From: Fimbriimonadaceae bacterium
GTDB lineage: Bacteria; Armatimonadota; Fimbriimonadia; Fimbriimonadales; Fimbriimonadaceae
DNA length: 64,000 nucleotides
Assembly: GCA_023957775.1 (NCBI GenBank)
Contig: JAMLGR010000004.1
Coordinates: 188,930-252,929 of the forward strand
Reading direction: 5' to 3'
Of the stretch, positions 28,801-37,126 are shown one piece after another. Made by a program: the position numbers and the translations under genes. The first letter of the stretch is position 1. Each line of letters opens with the position of its first letter. Under the pieces are notes generated by a model that was given only the letters and a program-made list of their open reading frames with translations, was not told the DNA's origin and searched no databases.

Positions 28801-30657
28801 TCGAGTTCGAACCATCCCGACCTGATGAACGCGCACGACATCCCGTTCCTGACCTTGGGCGAGGTGATCGCGCGGGAGCAGGGGATGGACTCCGCCACCG
28901 TGGTGCCGGGTCCCACCCTCGACGACGACGTGCTGGAGGGCAAGGGGTCTGCGGTCGTTGCGGCGTATCAGCGTGCGAAGGTCGTGCAGGCCGCCAGGCG
29001 GACCGTTCCGGCAGACAGGCCGGCGTTTCAACGCGAGCGCGCGCGCCGACGGGCCGAACTGATGCGCTCCCTCGGCCTCGACCCCCTGCCGTCGCGCACG
29101 CCTCTCAACGCACGCACGACCGGGGTGCTGCAACGGTCCGGCTACAAGATCGAGAAGGTCGTGTTCGAAAGCCGCCCTAAGTTCTATGTGACGGCCCACG
29201 TGTACGTGCCGGACGCGCCGGGCAAGCATCCGGTGATCATGAACGTGAACGGGCACTGGGCGCACAAGAAGGACGAGGACCGCATCCAGTTGCGCTGCGC
29301 GTTCCAAGCGCTGCGCGGCTACCTGGCGATCGCCATCGACAGCCCGGGGCACAGCTTCGAGGGCAACAGCCTTATCGAGCGCCGCGCCGAGGGCGAGCAC
29401 AACGACTGGTTCTTGGTCCAGGGAGGGTTGAACGCGACCGGCGTGTACGTGTGGGATGCGATGCGCGCGCTCGACTACGTGACGACCCGCCCCGACGCCG
29501 ACATGGCGCACGTGGGATTGACCGGCGCGTCGGGTGGCGGGTTGGCGACGCTCTACGCCTTTGCCGCGGACGATCGGTATCAGGCCGCGGTTCCGGTCGT
29601 GTACATGGCGAGCATGGAGTTGGCGCCGGACAACGGGTGCCTGTGCAACCACGTTCCGGGGACGCTGCAGATTGGCGACCGCTCCGACGTCATCGCGATC
29701 CAGGCGCCCAAGCCCGTGCTCCTGATGGGGGCGGAGAACGACGGCGAGTTTCCCGCCGACGCCACGAGGCTGACCGGCGCGAAGATGCAGCGGGAGTGGG
29801 GCCTCTTTGGCGCCTCGGGCGCGGTGACGACGCGGATCTTTCCTGGCGGGCACGATTACAGCAAACCCATGCGGGAGGCGATGATCGGGTTCTTCGACCA
29901 CGCCCTGCGCGGGGTGGGCGACGGTTCGCCCGTGCCCGAGCCCGCCCTCCAGGCGTTGGACGCCGAGGATCGGTCGCTGTTGGTCCTTCCCGATCCGCCG
30001 TCCGACGAGCGCACGATGCGCGAATTGGCGCGCGAAGCCCTTGGGCACCCCGGGCGTTACACCCTTGCCGACGTGAACGGAGGGTTGCCGCCGCGGAGCG
30101 ATCTGCGTTATGTGGAAACGGGCTCGGGCTCGAAGCGCGCCGTTGTCTTCGAGTCGGAACCCGGCCTGCGGACCCCGGGCATCCTCCTTCTGCCCAAGGC
30201 GAAGGTGGACACCGTGCGGATCGTCGTGGACGATCGTGGGAAGGCGGCCGCCGTCGCGGAGTTTGACGGGAAGCAACGAGCGGGGGAAGCCGTGCTGTTC
30301 TTGGACACGCTCGGCATCGGCGAATTGGCCGAGGTGAATCTGCGCTACGCCATCTATCTCGGCACGGCCGTCCCCTATACCGCGGGGTGGCAGATCGCAA
30401 GGGCCATCGAAGCGATGAAGCGGTACGGATCCGCCTTTGTGATCGAAGCCCGCGGACCCTTGGCCTCGATGGCCGCGCTGGACGCGGGCCTTCTCGCGCC
30501 CGATGCCGCGCGAATCGAGGCCAGCGGAGGCCTGCAGCGTTGGGAGGATGTGTTCGACACGTCGGCCAACCCGTTGCTGGTTCAGCCGCGCGCCAACCTG
30601 CTGCCGCCGCTGGATGCGCTGCGCGGATCCGTACCGAACGCCGTATGGCGCGGATGA
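25897..30657 (+). CDS. giant secreted multi-domain protein (1586 aa): N-terminal GH20b/GH67N-like + TIM-barrel hydrolase-like region, central unknown region, C-terminal alpha/beta-hydrolase (acetyl-esterase/S9-like)
   Basis: Signal peptide MVLLLALLASAAAS. Conserved block VMYGAFEFAERV followed by a TIM-barrel-like segment. C-terminal part has HVYVPDAPGKHPVIMNVNGHW and GLTGASGGG (GxSxG nucleophile elbow). RBS GGAGG 8 nt upstream of the ATG. Confidence 0.7.
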   Translation: MVLLLALLASAAASTPLEFAKQEIAAAAGSRAGEVELAVRSSLGAESYTIAPRGGKVRIEGGDPVGVMYGAFEFAERVKNDPAGAWSAKAQGKPYLPERGLNLFLTLPWNYAKNDTEYDPAALVDPKRWWFQNDAYWTSLLDLMAHSRLNWLDIHGTWDISVTDAPNLYAYFVTAPSFPKVGVSPEIKAANLAQLNHVIDMAHARGIRVSLMAYQASLRIPQNPNPPYEGTEENVYAYTREAVEQMIRNAPGLDSIGFRIGESGHGGSFFTCYGEAVKNSGRDIPLITRSWVTRRQSVLPLARASKDFTVEIKYNGEHWGAPYMVAGGRVANWYSYSFEDYLSDPGKPETNAKTWPGWPAEAPAEGRWPSEPYKIVWQVRANGTHRIFPFYNPEWVRRSILSMKMGTASGYTIEGEDAYFPKQPDYYMADPSKKGYEWIHQRDAMYWTTWGRLGYDPTVKDEVFDAETARMLGKGSEALVQAWKEASTLLPLAFMAYALGPDHRSHAPELEWGGDTPTFIQGQGFDTHSFLPINEELANAATGGLDGRIGSFATSELLRLRAKRVRATLDQIAVPGGRGPEIANASRLMSDLAEYYAQRLLAAWSMAKVESVSGVAQRSSGDPVDTDAIQWAADASRRLADNPFYKPFTDRLRMHTNTFAWAQETAKVAAESKRILSLPKAVPPISTEDPLRPVRFGKANLEWRVSGGNIVVRLDARGSDAAWLLEKPLPSSTFFHKVPMRRVGDHFEATFPRQKWGHQIAVEIRDGGAVWREPSPAEARPYLVVPSQPGPTPPIYSAEEAMAYLKPEALDPSQYGGMLLGTRAWRFFTSFDKATQRKLLDPIERGMRLVILQQDFNKYKLDWLPKPLKFEGGNWGVFDPGGQLGLSKVETADILWQRFLPSDGWEVFGNGGLARLKLGKGEVWVTSARLMQRMHIPSAAKAFVALLSLGGKTKPTVLIDSNSEGADYSSSNHPDLMNAHDIPFLTLGEVIAREQGMDSATVVPGPTLDDDVLEGKGSAVVAAYQRAKVVQAARRTVPADRPAFQRERARRRAELMRSLGLDPLPSRTPLNARTTGVLQRSGYKIEKVVFESRPKFYVTAHVYVPDAPGKHPVIMNVNGHWAHKKDEDRIQLRCAFQALRGYLAIAIDSPGHSFEGNSLIERRAEGEHNDWFLVQGGLNATGVYVWDAMRALDYVTTRPDADMAHVGLTGASGGGLATLYAFAADDRYQAAVPVVYMASMELAPDNGCLCNHVPGTLQIGDRSDVIAIQAPKPVLLMGAENDGEFPADATRLTGAKMQREWGLFGASGAVTTRIFPGGHDYSKPMREAMIGFFDHALRGVGDGSPVPEPALQALDAEDRSLLVLPDPPSDERTMRELAREALGHPGRYTLADVNGGLPPRSDLRYVETGSGSKRAVVFESEPGLRTPGILLLPKAKVDTVRIVVDDRGKAAAVAEFDGKQRAGEAVLFLDTLGIGELAEVNLRYAIYLGTAVPYTAGWQIARAIEAMKRYGSAFVIEARGPLASMAALDAGLLAPDAARIEASGGLQRWEDVFDTSANPLLVQPRANLLPPLDALRGSVPNAVWRG

Positions 30658-30687
30658 GTTTCGGGCCCGGGCCTTCGAGTTGGAAGA

Positions 30688-32304
30688 TCAGGGGGCTGGG
30701 CGATTTGGAAGTTGGAGCTGATCGAGGTACGCGTCCTCAAACCCGGGATCGAGATTGAGCTCCACCACCTCGACGCCATCGCGCACTCTCTCCAACTCCG
30801 CGAGCGTGTTGCGGTCGAGGAGTGCCAAGGTCGCGCCGGCCAGGGACGTGTTGCCCACCAGCTCGATCTGCGGGATCGTGAAGCCGGGGAGCAGGCCGCA
30901 CGCGATGGCGTTGCGCAGGTCCAGATGCATGCCGAAGCCGCCGGCCAGGTAGAGCGTCCTCACATCGGAGGGGGTCAGCCCGTGGCGGCGCAGGAGGGTG
31001 AGGATGCCGGCGGCGATCGCGGCCTTCGCCTGAAGGAGGCGCGCGACGTCGGCCTCGGACACGAGGATCGGCCGCTTGCCCTGGCCCCACGCGACACGGA
31101 CCGCCTGCCCGTGGGGGGTGTCCACCACGTGTTCGTCGAGGCCGTCCAAGGCCTGGAACCGACCCGTCGCGCCGAGCAGCCCGCACCTTCGGCCCTCGGC
31201 GAGCATGTCGACGTAGCCCGAGCCGCAAATGCCCGTCGGTTTCAGGGCTCGCGGCCCGATCTTCTCCCACCGGACGCAAAAGGGGGCCGTGCCCATCGCA
31301 ATCCGGGAAATCGCACCTTCGCCCGCCCGGATGCCTCCCGAGAGCCCCGAGCCCTCGAACGCGGGACCCGCCGCCGTCGCACAGGCTGAAGTCCGTCCCA
31401 CGTCGCGCAGAAGGATCTCGCCGTTGGTTCCCACGTCGACGAGGAGGCTGGGGCCGTCGTCGTAGAGCAGTCCCGAGGCAAAGGCCCCGGCCGCTATGTC
31501 CGCACCGATGTAGGCCCCGATCGACGGAAGGAGGCGAACGAACGCGCCGGCGGGCTCAAGACCGATGCGCTCGGCTTGGAACGGCTCGCGCGAGAGAAAA
31601 CGCGGCGCGAAGGGCGCCACGCCCATCGGGGAAGGGTCCTCGCCGACGAGCAGGTGGAGCATCGTCGTGTTTCCGGCGACGGTGTACCCGACGACCCGCT
31701 CCGGGTCTCCGACCGCCTGACGGACCAGCGGCCGCAGGGTTTGCTCGACGAGGGACGCCTGCATTCGTCCGAGCATCGCGGGGTCGGTTGCGCACAGGTT
31801 GATCCGGGTCAGCACATCGTCGCCAAAGTGCATCTGTCGGTTGAATCCCGAGGCTTTGCCGACGATTTCGCCGGTCGCCAGGTCCACCGCCTGCAGCGCA
31901 ACGGTCGTGGTCCCCACGTCGACGGCGATTCCGAGCCCGTCTGCGGCGAGAGGATCGTGCGCGTACGGGACGTTGATGCGGTAGCTGTCGAGAACTTGGG
32001 GCGCGTACGCCAGGCGAGAGCGTTGAGGGATTCGGATGGCGGCGAACTCCCCAGTGGGCCGATAGCGGCAGCCTCGGACTTCCACGGAATCTCCCCGGGA
32101 CACGGTCAACGAGGTGCCGTCTGCGTGTTCCAGGGTTCCTCGCACCAGTTCGACGAGGCACCCCGCGCACATGTCCTTCTCGCCGCAGCGCGTGTTGAGT
32201 GCGAGGTCGTGGCCGCGCAGGATCTGGGCGAGGCTGCGCCGGGCCTGGTCTTGGGTCAGAACGAGCTCCCGCGTGCCATCTGGGAGCTGGACCTCAATCC
32301 GCAT
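30688..32304 (-). CDS. RACo-type reductive activator of corrinoid proteins (N-terminal 2Fe-2S ferredoxin + ASKHA/DUF4445 ATPase domain)
   Basis: N-terminal C-x5-C-x2-C...C ferredoxin motif (RCGEKDMCAGC ... RGC). Large ASKHA-like remainder with glycine-rich phosphate loops (DVGTTTV, DVGTNGE). Confidence 0.7.
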   Translation of the reverse strand: MRIEVQLPDGTRELVLTQDQARRSLAQILRGHDLALNTRCGEKDMCAGCLVELVRGTLEHADGTSLTVSRGDSVEVRGCRYRPTGEFAAIRIPQRSRLAYAPQVLDSYRINVPYAHDPLAADGLGIAVDVGTTTVALQAVDLATGEIVGKASGFNRQMHFGDDVLTRINLCATDPAMLGRMQASLVEQTLRPLVRQAVGDPERVVGYTVAGNTTMLHLLVGEDPSPMGVAPFAPRFLSREPFQAERIGLEPAGAFVRLLPSIGAYIGADIAAGAFASGLLYDDGPSLLVDVGTNGEILLRDVGRTSACATAAGPAFEGSGLSGGIRAGEGAISRIAMGTAPFCVRWEKIGPRALKPTGICGSGYVDMLAEGRRCGLLGATGRFQALDGLDEHVVDTPHGQAVRVAWGQGKRPILVSEADVARLLQAKAAIAAGILTLLRRHGLTPSDVRTLYLAGGFGMHLDLRNAIACGLLPGFTIPQIELVGNTSLAGATLALLDRNTLAELERVRDGVEVVELNLDPGFEDAYLDQLQLPNRPAP

Positions 32305-33052
32305 CTGGGGGCGCGGCCTCCACCACTCGCTCGTCGGCCGTCATGCGGAGTGTCTGCCCCGGCTCCAGCACGAGGAAGCGCTCGGCGTCCCATTCGCCAT
32401 TCAGGAGGGCCTTCAGCAGTTCGGGATCGCCCTGTTGCCGGTCGAAGCTCCACCCGAGCCAATGGGCGCACTTCTTCGTGAACGCGACGTCCTCTTCCGT
32501 CGCGCCTGGGCCGAGGTCCACGTAGGTCGCTCGGTCGTAGGTCGAGAACCAGTGCTGTTCGGTCTCCATGAGGTAATCCGCGTTGTCCTCGCCGTACTTC
32601 TCCGCGTACTCTGCGCGGAGCAGACGGTGCCGCTCCTCGCCCGGGGGCAGGTGGTGCTTGTTCCAGCCGGGGCTGTACCAGTAGGTCCCCGGCGCCTGGC
32701 GCACATACTCGGCGTACCGTTCTTTGCTGCCCAGCAACACGGTGATGCAGTCGTGGGCTCGCGGGATCACCAGTTTCGCCCTCGCTGCCCGCACGCCCTC
32801 CGTGCCCCGGCTGCACAGCCCGTAGCCCAGCACGATGGCCTCGGCCTCGGTCTCCCTCTCGGCCTTGTCGATCGCGTCCTGGAGTTCGCGTCGCAAGCGC
32901 TCCGGTTCGTTGTGCAGGCCTTGGGGCATCAGGTCGATGCGGACGATGTGCTCCAGTCCGCGGGCAAAGTGCGCGATCTCGGTTTCGAGAACGGAGCAGG
33001 TGATGACCACCGTGCGGGGGTTCCGATTGTTGGCCTTGGATCTGTGCGCCAC
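32294..33052 (-). CDS. DUF1638 domain protein (family typically linked to corrinoid methyltransferase clusters)
   Basis: Composition and length typical of DUF1638. Overlaps the RACo start by 11 bp, so the two form one operon. Divergent from the corrinoid operon. Confidence 0.55.
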   Translation of the reverse strand: MAHRSKANNRNPRTVVITCSVLETEIAHFARGLEHIVRIDLMPQGLHNEPERLRRELQDAIDKAERETEAEAIVLGYGLCSRGTEGVRAARAKLVIPRAHDCITVLLGSKERYAEYVRQAPGTYWYSPGWNKHHLPPGEERHRLLRAEYAEKYGEDNADYLMETEQHWFSTYDRATYVDLGPGATEEDVAFTKKCAHWLGWSFDRQQGDPELLKALLNGEWDAERFLVLEPGQTLRMTADERVVEAAPPDAD

Positions 33053-33176
33053 CGTGGGGATGATACGAGGTTTCTGCCCTCGGTTTGTCGCCGTTTTGGC
33101 CTACAGGGGGGATCGTCTTGGCTCGGGTATTACGGAGTGGTCGTCCTCGTGACGATCGCAAGGAGGTGCATCCTCG

Positions 33177-33815
33177 ATGAATCAGTCGCAGCCCCTCACC
33201 GACGCCGTAATCGCGGGGAACCGGAACGAAGCGACCCGGCTCACGTCCGAAGCGCTCGCGGAGGGCAACGATCCCCGGGAGGTGCTCGCCGCGTTGGTGG
33301 CCGGGATGGACGAGGTGGGCGGACGGTTTCAACGCAACGAGGCCTTCGTACCGGAGATGCTGATCGCCGCGCGGGCGATGAAGGAGAGCATGGCCGTGCT
33401 CGAACCGGTCCTCGTGAAGGCCGGAATCCGCCCCGAGCGCACTGCGGTGATCGGCACGGTGCTGGGCGATCTCCACGACATCGGCAAGAACCTGGTGGCG
33501 ATGATGTGGCGGGGCGCCCACTTCGAGGTCGTCGACCTTGGCACCAACGTCCCGCCCGAGCGGTTCGTCGAGGCCGCGCGGACGCACGACGCCGACTTGA
33601 TTGGCCTATCGGCTCTGCTGACGACCACGATGCCGTCCATGAAGGAGACGATCCAGGCCATCCGCAGCGCCGGTCTCAGGGCCAAGGTCATCATCGGCGG
33701 CGCCCCGATCACGCCCGAGTTCGCGCAGCAGATCGGAGCGGATGCGTTCGCGGCCGACGCCGCCAGCGGTGTTGAGATCGCAAGGGCGATGTTGACGCAC
33801 GGAGACCCCCCCTAG
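33177..33815 (+). CDS. B12-binding corrinoid protein (MtaC/MtbC-like methyltransferase cognate corrinoid protein)
   Basis: DxHxxG cobalamin-binding motif (GDLHDIGKNLV) with following Rossmann-like B12-binding domain and N-terminal helical cap. AAGGAGG RBS upstream. Confidence 0.85.
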   Translation: MNQSQPLTDAVIAGNRNEATRLTSEALAEGNDPREVLAALVAGMDEVGGRFQRNEAFVPEMLIAARAMKESMAVLEPVLVKAGIRPERTAVIGTVLGDLHDIGKNLVAMMWRGAHFEVVDLGTNVPPERFVEAARTHDADLIGLSALLTTTMPSMKETIQAIRSAGLRAKVIIGGAPITPEFAQQIGADAFAADAASGVEIARAMLTHGDPP

Positions 33816-33820
33816 GCCCC

Positions 33821-34900
33821 ATGCGTACCTCGCGCCTCTCCAGCCGCGAACGGGTCGCGCGCATGTTCAAGAGGCAGGATCACGACTGCATCCCCCGCGC
33901 CGACAGCTTCTGGACTGAAACTTCCGAACGCTGGAGGAACGAGGGGCAGGAGGGCGACCTCAACGCCTTTCTCGGAACCGATTTCAAGGCGCTTTCGTGG
34001 AGCGATCCCCGGCCGTTTCCCGGGCAGAAGCGCCTTGTGTCCGAAGACGGTAGGACGCAGACCTTCGTGGACGAGTGGGGGAACACGGTGCGTTATTGGA
34101 AACATCGCTCCGGCACCCCCGAGCACGTCGCGTTCGGGTGCACGTCCCGACGCGAGTGGGAGGAGACGTACAAGCCTGCGCTGTTGGCGGCTTGGCCGTT
34201 CGTCAACCCCTACGCCTCGTATCGAGACTTCGAAAGCGGTCGGCGCAACGGCCTCTGGACCTACCTGTGTGGTTTGGAGACGTTCGAGATGACCCGCCGT
34301 CAGTTGGGTGACGAGGTGTTCCTCATCGGGATGATCGAGGATCCCGAGTGGATCGTCGATGTGTCGAGAACGATGACCGGGCTTGTCCTCAGGGATTTCG
34401 ACCTCCTGATGGACCGCGGCGTGAAACCCGACGGGGTCTGGATCTACGGCGACATGGCGTATCGGCGCGGCACGATGTGTTCGCCCGCGATGTACCGGGA
34501 GTTGGTCTGGCCCGATCACAAGCGCATGGCCGATTGGGCGCACGCGCGCGGTCTGCCCTTCATCTTCCACACGGACGGCGACGTCAAAGGGGTGCTGGAG
34601 CACTACATCGAAGCGGGATTCGACTGCCTTCAGCCGCTGGAAGCGAAGGCGGGGATGGACGTCCGATCGTTGTCCCCTGTTTATGGCGAGCGACTGGCCC
34701 TGTTCGGGAACATCGACGTGATGGTGATGGCCACCAACGACCTGGAACTCGTCGAGCACGAAGTCCGGACCAAGCTCCAGGCGGGCATGGCCACCCGAGG
34801 ATACGCGTATCACTCGGACCACTCGGTTCCCCCGACCGTGAGCTGGGAGACCTACGAGTTCGTGATCGATCTGGTCGATCGCCATGGGAACTACGATTGA
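33821..34900 (+). CDS. URO-D/MtaA-family methyltransferase paralog 1 (putative substrate:corrinoid methyltransferase)
   Basis: ~359 aa, the size of the uroporphyrinogen decarboxylase/MtaA family. N-terminal SRERVARMFKRQDHDCIPR matches the family N-terminal helix. HTDGD in the position where MtaA carries its H-x-C zinc ligands. Confidence 0.7.
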   Translation: MRTSRLSSRERVARMFKRQDHDCIPRADSFWTETSERWRNEGQEGDLNAFLGTDFKALSWSDPRPFPGQKRLVSEDGRTQTFVDEWGNTVRYWKHRSGTPEHVAFGCTSRREWEETYKPALLAAWPFVNPYASYRDFESGRRNGLWTYLCGLETFEMTRRQLGDEVFLIGMIEDPEWIVDVSRTMTGLVLRDFDLLMDRGVKPDGVWIYGDMAYRRGTMCSPAMYRELVWPDHKRMADWAHARGLPFIFHTDGDVKGVLEHYIEAGFDCLQPLEAKAGMDVRSLSPVYGERLALFGNIDVMVMATNDLELVEHEVRTKLQAGMATRGYAYHSDHSVPPTVSWETYEFVIDLVDRHGNYD

Positions 34901-34901
34901 G

Positions 34902-36032
34902 ATGAACGACCGCCAGCGATTCTTGGCCACGATGCGGTACCAGACGCGCGATCGGGTGCCGATCTGCGACTTCGGGTTCTGGTCGGAGACGATCGAGGTC
35001 TGGAAGGACCAGGGTTTGCCCGAGCACTGGACGGACACCACGACCTCCGACTTCCTCGGGATGGACCGCTTTGAGGGACCGGTTGGGATTCGAGATTCTC
35101 TCGACCCCTCGTTCGAGGAGTTCGTCCTCGAGGACCGTGGGGATCAGGAGGTCGTGCAGGGCGGGGACGGCGTTCGCACCCTGCGGCACAAGTTCATGAG
35201 CTCCATTCCCATGCACGTGGGGCACCTTCTCACCGATCGCGAGAGCTGGAACAAGCACTACAAACCTCGACTCGACCCCTTGTCCCCCGCGCGCTTTCCG
35301 GCCACTTGGGAAACGCGGGTCGAACGCTGGAAGAGGCCTGATCGGCCCTACTGTCTCACCCTTCCCGGCGGCAGCCTGTACGGCTGGATCCGAAACTGGA
35401 TGGGGGTGGAGAACGTGTCGTACTCGGTCTACGACGATCCCGCCTGGTTCGAGGAGATGGTGGAGACCGTGTGCGTGTTGATCGAGGGGATCCTGACCCG
35501 GGCATTCGAGTCGGGCGTCGCCTTCGACTCGTGCGGGATGTGGGAGGACATGTGTTACTCCGGCGGCCCGCTGCTGGGTGTGGATCACTTCAAACAGTAT
35601 CTGGTGCCTCGCTACCGGCGCATCACCGACCTCTTGCGCAAAAACGGGGTGGAGGTGATCTGGCTCGATTGCGACGGCAACATCGAGAAGCTCATGCCTT
35701 TGTGGCTGGACGCCGGCGTCAACTGCATGTTCCCCATCGAGATCGGCACGTGGGGCGCGGATCCGGTGCGCTACCGCAAAGAGTACGGCAAGGCGCTGTT
35801 GATGATGGGCGGCTTCGACAAGCACATCCTCGCCGGACCGAAGCCCGGCATCGTCGAGGAGGTCGAGCGGTTGACACCGCTGGTCGAGGAGGGCGGCTAC
35901 ATTCCGTTCTGCGACCACCGGGTGCCTCCGGACGTCCCGCTCGAGAACTACCTCTTCTACCTCTCGCTGGCCCGCGAGAGGTGGGGCAAGGGAGTGAATC
36001 TCAAACCGATGTGGGAGGTGGGGGGCGCGTGA
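34902..36032 (+). CDS. URO-D/MtaA-family methyltransferase paralog 2
   Basis: MNDRQRFLATMRYQTRDRVPICDF family-typical N-terminus. ORF track starts it at 34884 (MGTTIE..), overlapping paralog 1 by 17 bp. The ATG at 34902, 1 bp after the upstream stop, is preferred. Confidence 0.7.
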   Translation: MNDRQRFLATMRYQTRDRVPICDFGFWSETIEVWKDQGLPEHWTDTTTSDFLGMDRFEGPVGIRDSLDPSFEEFVLEDRGDQEVVQGGDGVRTLRHKFMSSIPMHVGHLLTDRESWNKHYKPRLDPLSPARFPATWETRVERWKRPDRPYCLTLPGGSLYGWIRNWMGVENVSYSVYDDPAWFEEMVETVCVLIEGILTRAFESGVAFDSCGMWEDMCYSGGPLLGVDHFKQYLVPRYRRITDLLRKNGVEVIWLDCDGNIEKLMPLWLDAGVNCMFPIEIGTWGADPVRYRKEYGKALLMMGGFDKHILAGPKPGIVEEVERLTPLVEEGGYIPFCDHRVPPDVPLENYLFYLSLARERWGKGVNLKPMWEVGGA

Positions 36033-37126
36033 CCGAGCGCGAGAACCTGCTGCGCATGCTGGCCGGTGAGCGGGCCAGCCACCTGCCGCTCGACGTCTGG
36101 CTGACCGCACCGTCGCTTGCCATGGTCGAGGCGCACCGGGGCACGCGGGACCCGGTGGAGGCTCTTGGCCTCTCGGTGGAACGGGTGGGACCGCGGTTTC
36201 CCGCGCGTCCCGACGCCTGGCGCGAGTCTTACCGCGAGCTAGGCTTCGCCGTCCACCCGGAGGCGATTTTGGGTGCGCTCGGTACGGTGGACGACGTGCC
36301 GCCCGCCCACTCGCTCGGCGATGCCTATCACCTGCTGGAGATGCGCCACCCGCTCTCGGGAGAGGTGACGGTCGCCCAACTCGCGAGCCTTCCGTTTCCG
36401 GACGTGGACTCGCCGGAGCCCTACCGGCATCTCCCCGACCACTTCGCCGAGATCCACTCCAAAGGCATCACGTCGATCGGTCAGATGGACTGCACGATGT
36501 TCGAGATGACCTGGTACCTGCGCGGCATGGATCGGGTGTTCCTCGATCTTGTCGATGGAACCGGGGCGGCGGATTGGTTGCTCGATTGGTTCACCCACCG
36601 TTCGGAGGTCGGGGTGGCCCACTACGTGCGGGCGGGGGCGGATATTGTGTGGCTCGGCGACGATGTCGGCACCCAGCGCGGGATGATGATGGCGGTCCCC
36701 TTCTGGCGCGAACACCTGAAGCCCCGCCTCAAGCGCGTGGTCGCGGCCGCGCGCAACGCCCAGAACCGCGAAGTATGGATCGCCTACCACTCGGACGGCG
36801 ACATTCGCCCCATCATCCCCGACCTGATCGAGATCGGGATCGACATCCTGAACCCGGTGCAGCCCGAGTGCATGCCGCTCGAAGAGGTCGTGGCCGCCTA
36901 CCGGGAGCGCCTCGCGTTTTGGGGAATGATCGGCACGCAGACCACGATGCCTTTCGGCACTCCGGACGACGTCCGTGCGGCCGTGGGGCGGGTGAGAGAT
37001 TTCGCCTGCGGCGGTTGCAGGATGGTGGTTTCTCCCACCCACGCCATCGAACCCGACGTGCCGTGGCGCAACCTGGAGGCGTTGATCGAGGATGTGAAGA
37101 CGCCGCTCTTCGGAGAGCGGCTTTGA
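36029..37126 (+). CDS. URO-D/MtaA-family methyltransferase paralog 3
   Basis: GTG start overlapping the upstream stop (GTGA). VTERENLLRMLAGERASHLPLD family-typical N-terminus. HSDGD motif. The upstream part of ORF 35471.. is Arg/Gly-rich out-of-context sequence. Confidence 0.7.
   Translation: MTERENLLRMLAGERASHLPLDVWLTAPSLAMVEAHRGTRDPVEALGLSVERVGPRFPARPDAWRESYRELGFAVHPEAILGALGTVDDVPPAHSLGDAYHLLEMRHPLSGEVTVAQLASLPFPDVDSPEPYRHLPDHFAEIHSKGITSIGQMDCTMFEMTWYLRGMDRVFLDLVDGTGAADWLLDWFTHRSEVGVAHYVRAGADIVWLGDDVGTQRGMMMAVPFWREHLKPRLKRVVAAARNAQNREVWIAYHSDGDIRPIIPDLIEIGIDILNPVQPECMPLEEVVAAYRERLAFWGMIGTQTTMPFGTPDDVRAAVGRVRDFACGGCRMVVSPTHAIEPDVPWRNLEALIEDVKTPLFGERL

Noticed and set aside
33053-33176. Cobalamin riboswitch upstream of the corrinoid-protein operon
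   Set aside because: The leader is only ~124 nt. I could not find a B12-box-like consensus (rAGYCMGgAgaCCkGCc). A normal AAGGAGG RBS precedes the ATG. It is probably just the divergent promoter region shared with DUF1638/RACo.
33821-37126. Interpreting the three URO-D-family genes as heme-biosynthetic uroporphyrinogen decarboxylases (hemE)
   Set aside because: Three tandem copies are translationally coupled to a B12-binding corrinoid protein and divergent from a RACo activase. That context fits methyltransferase (MtaA/MT I-like) members of the family and not HemE. A homology search is still needed to be certain.
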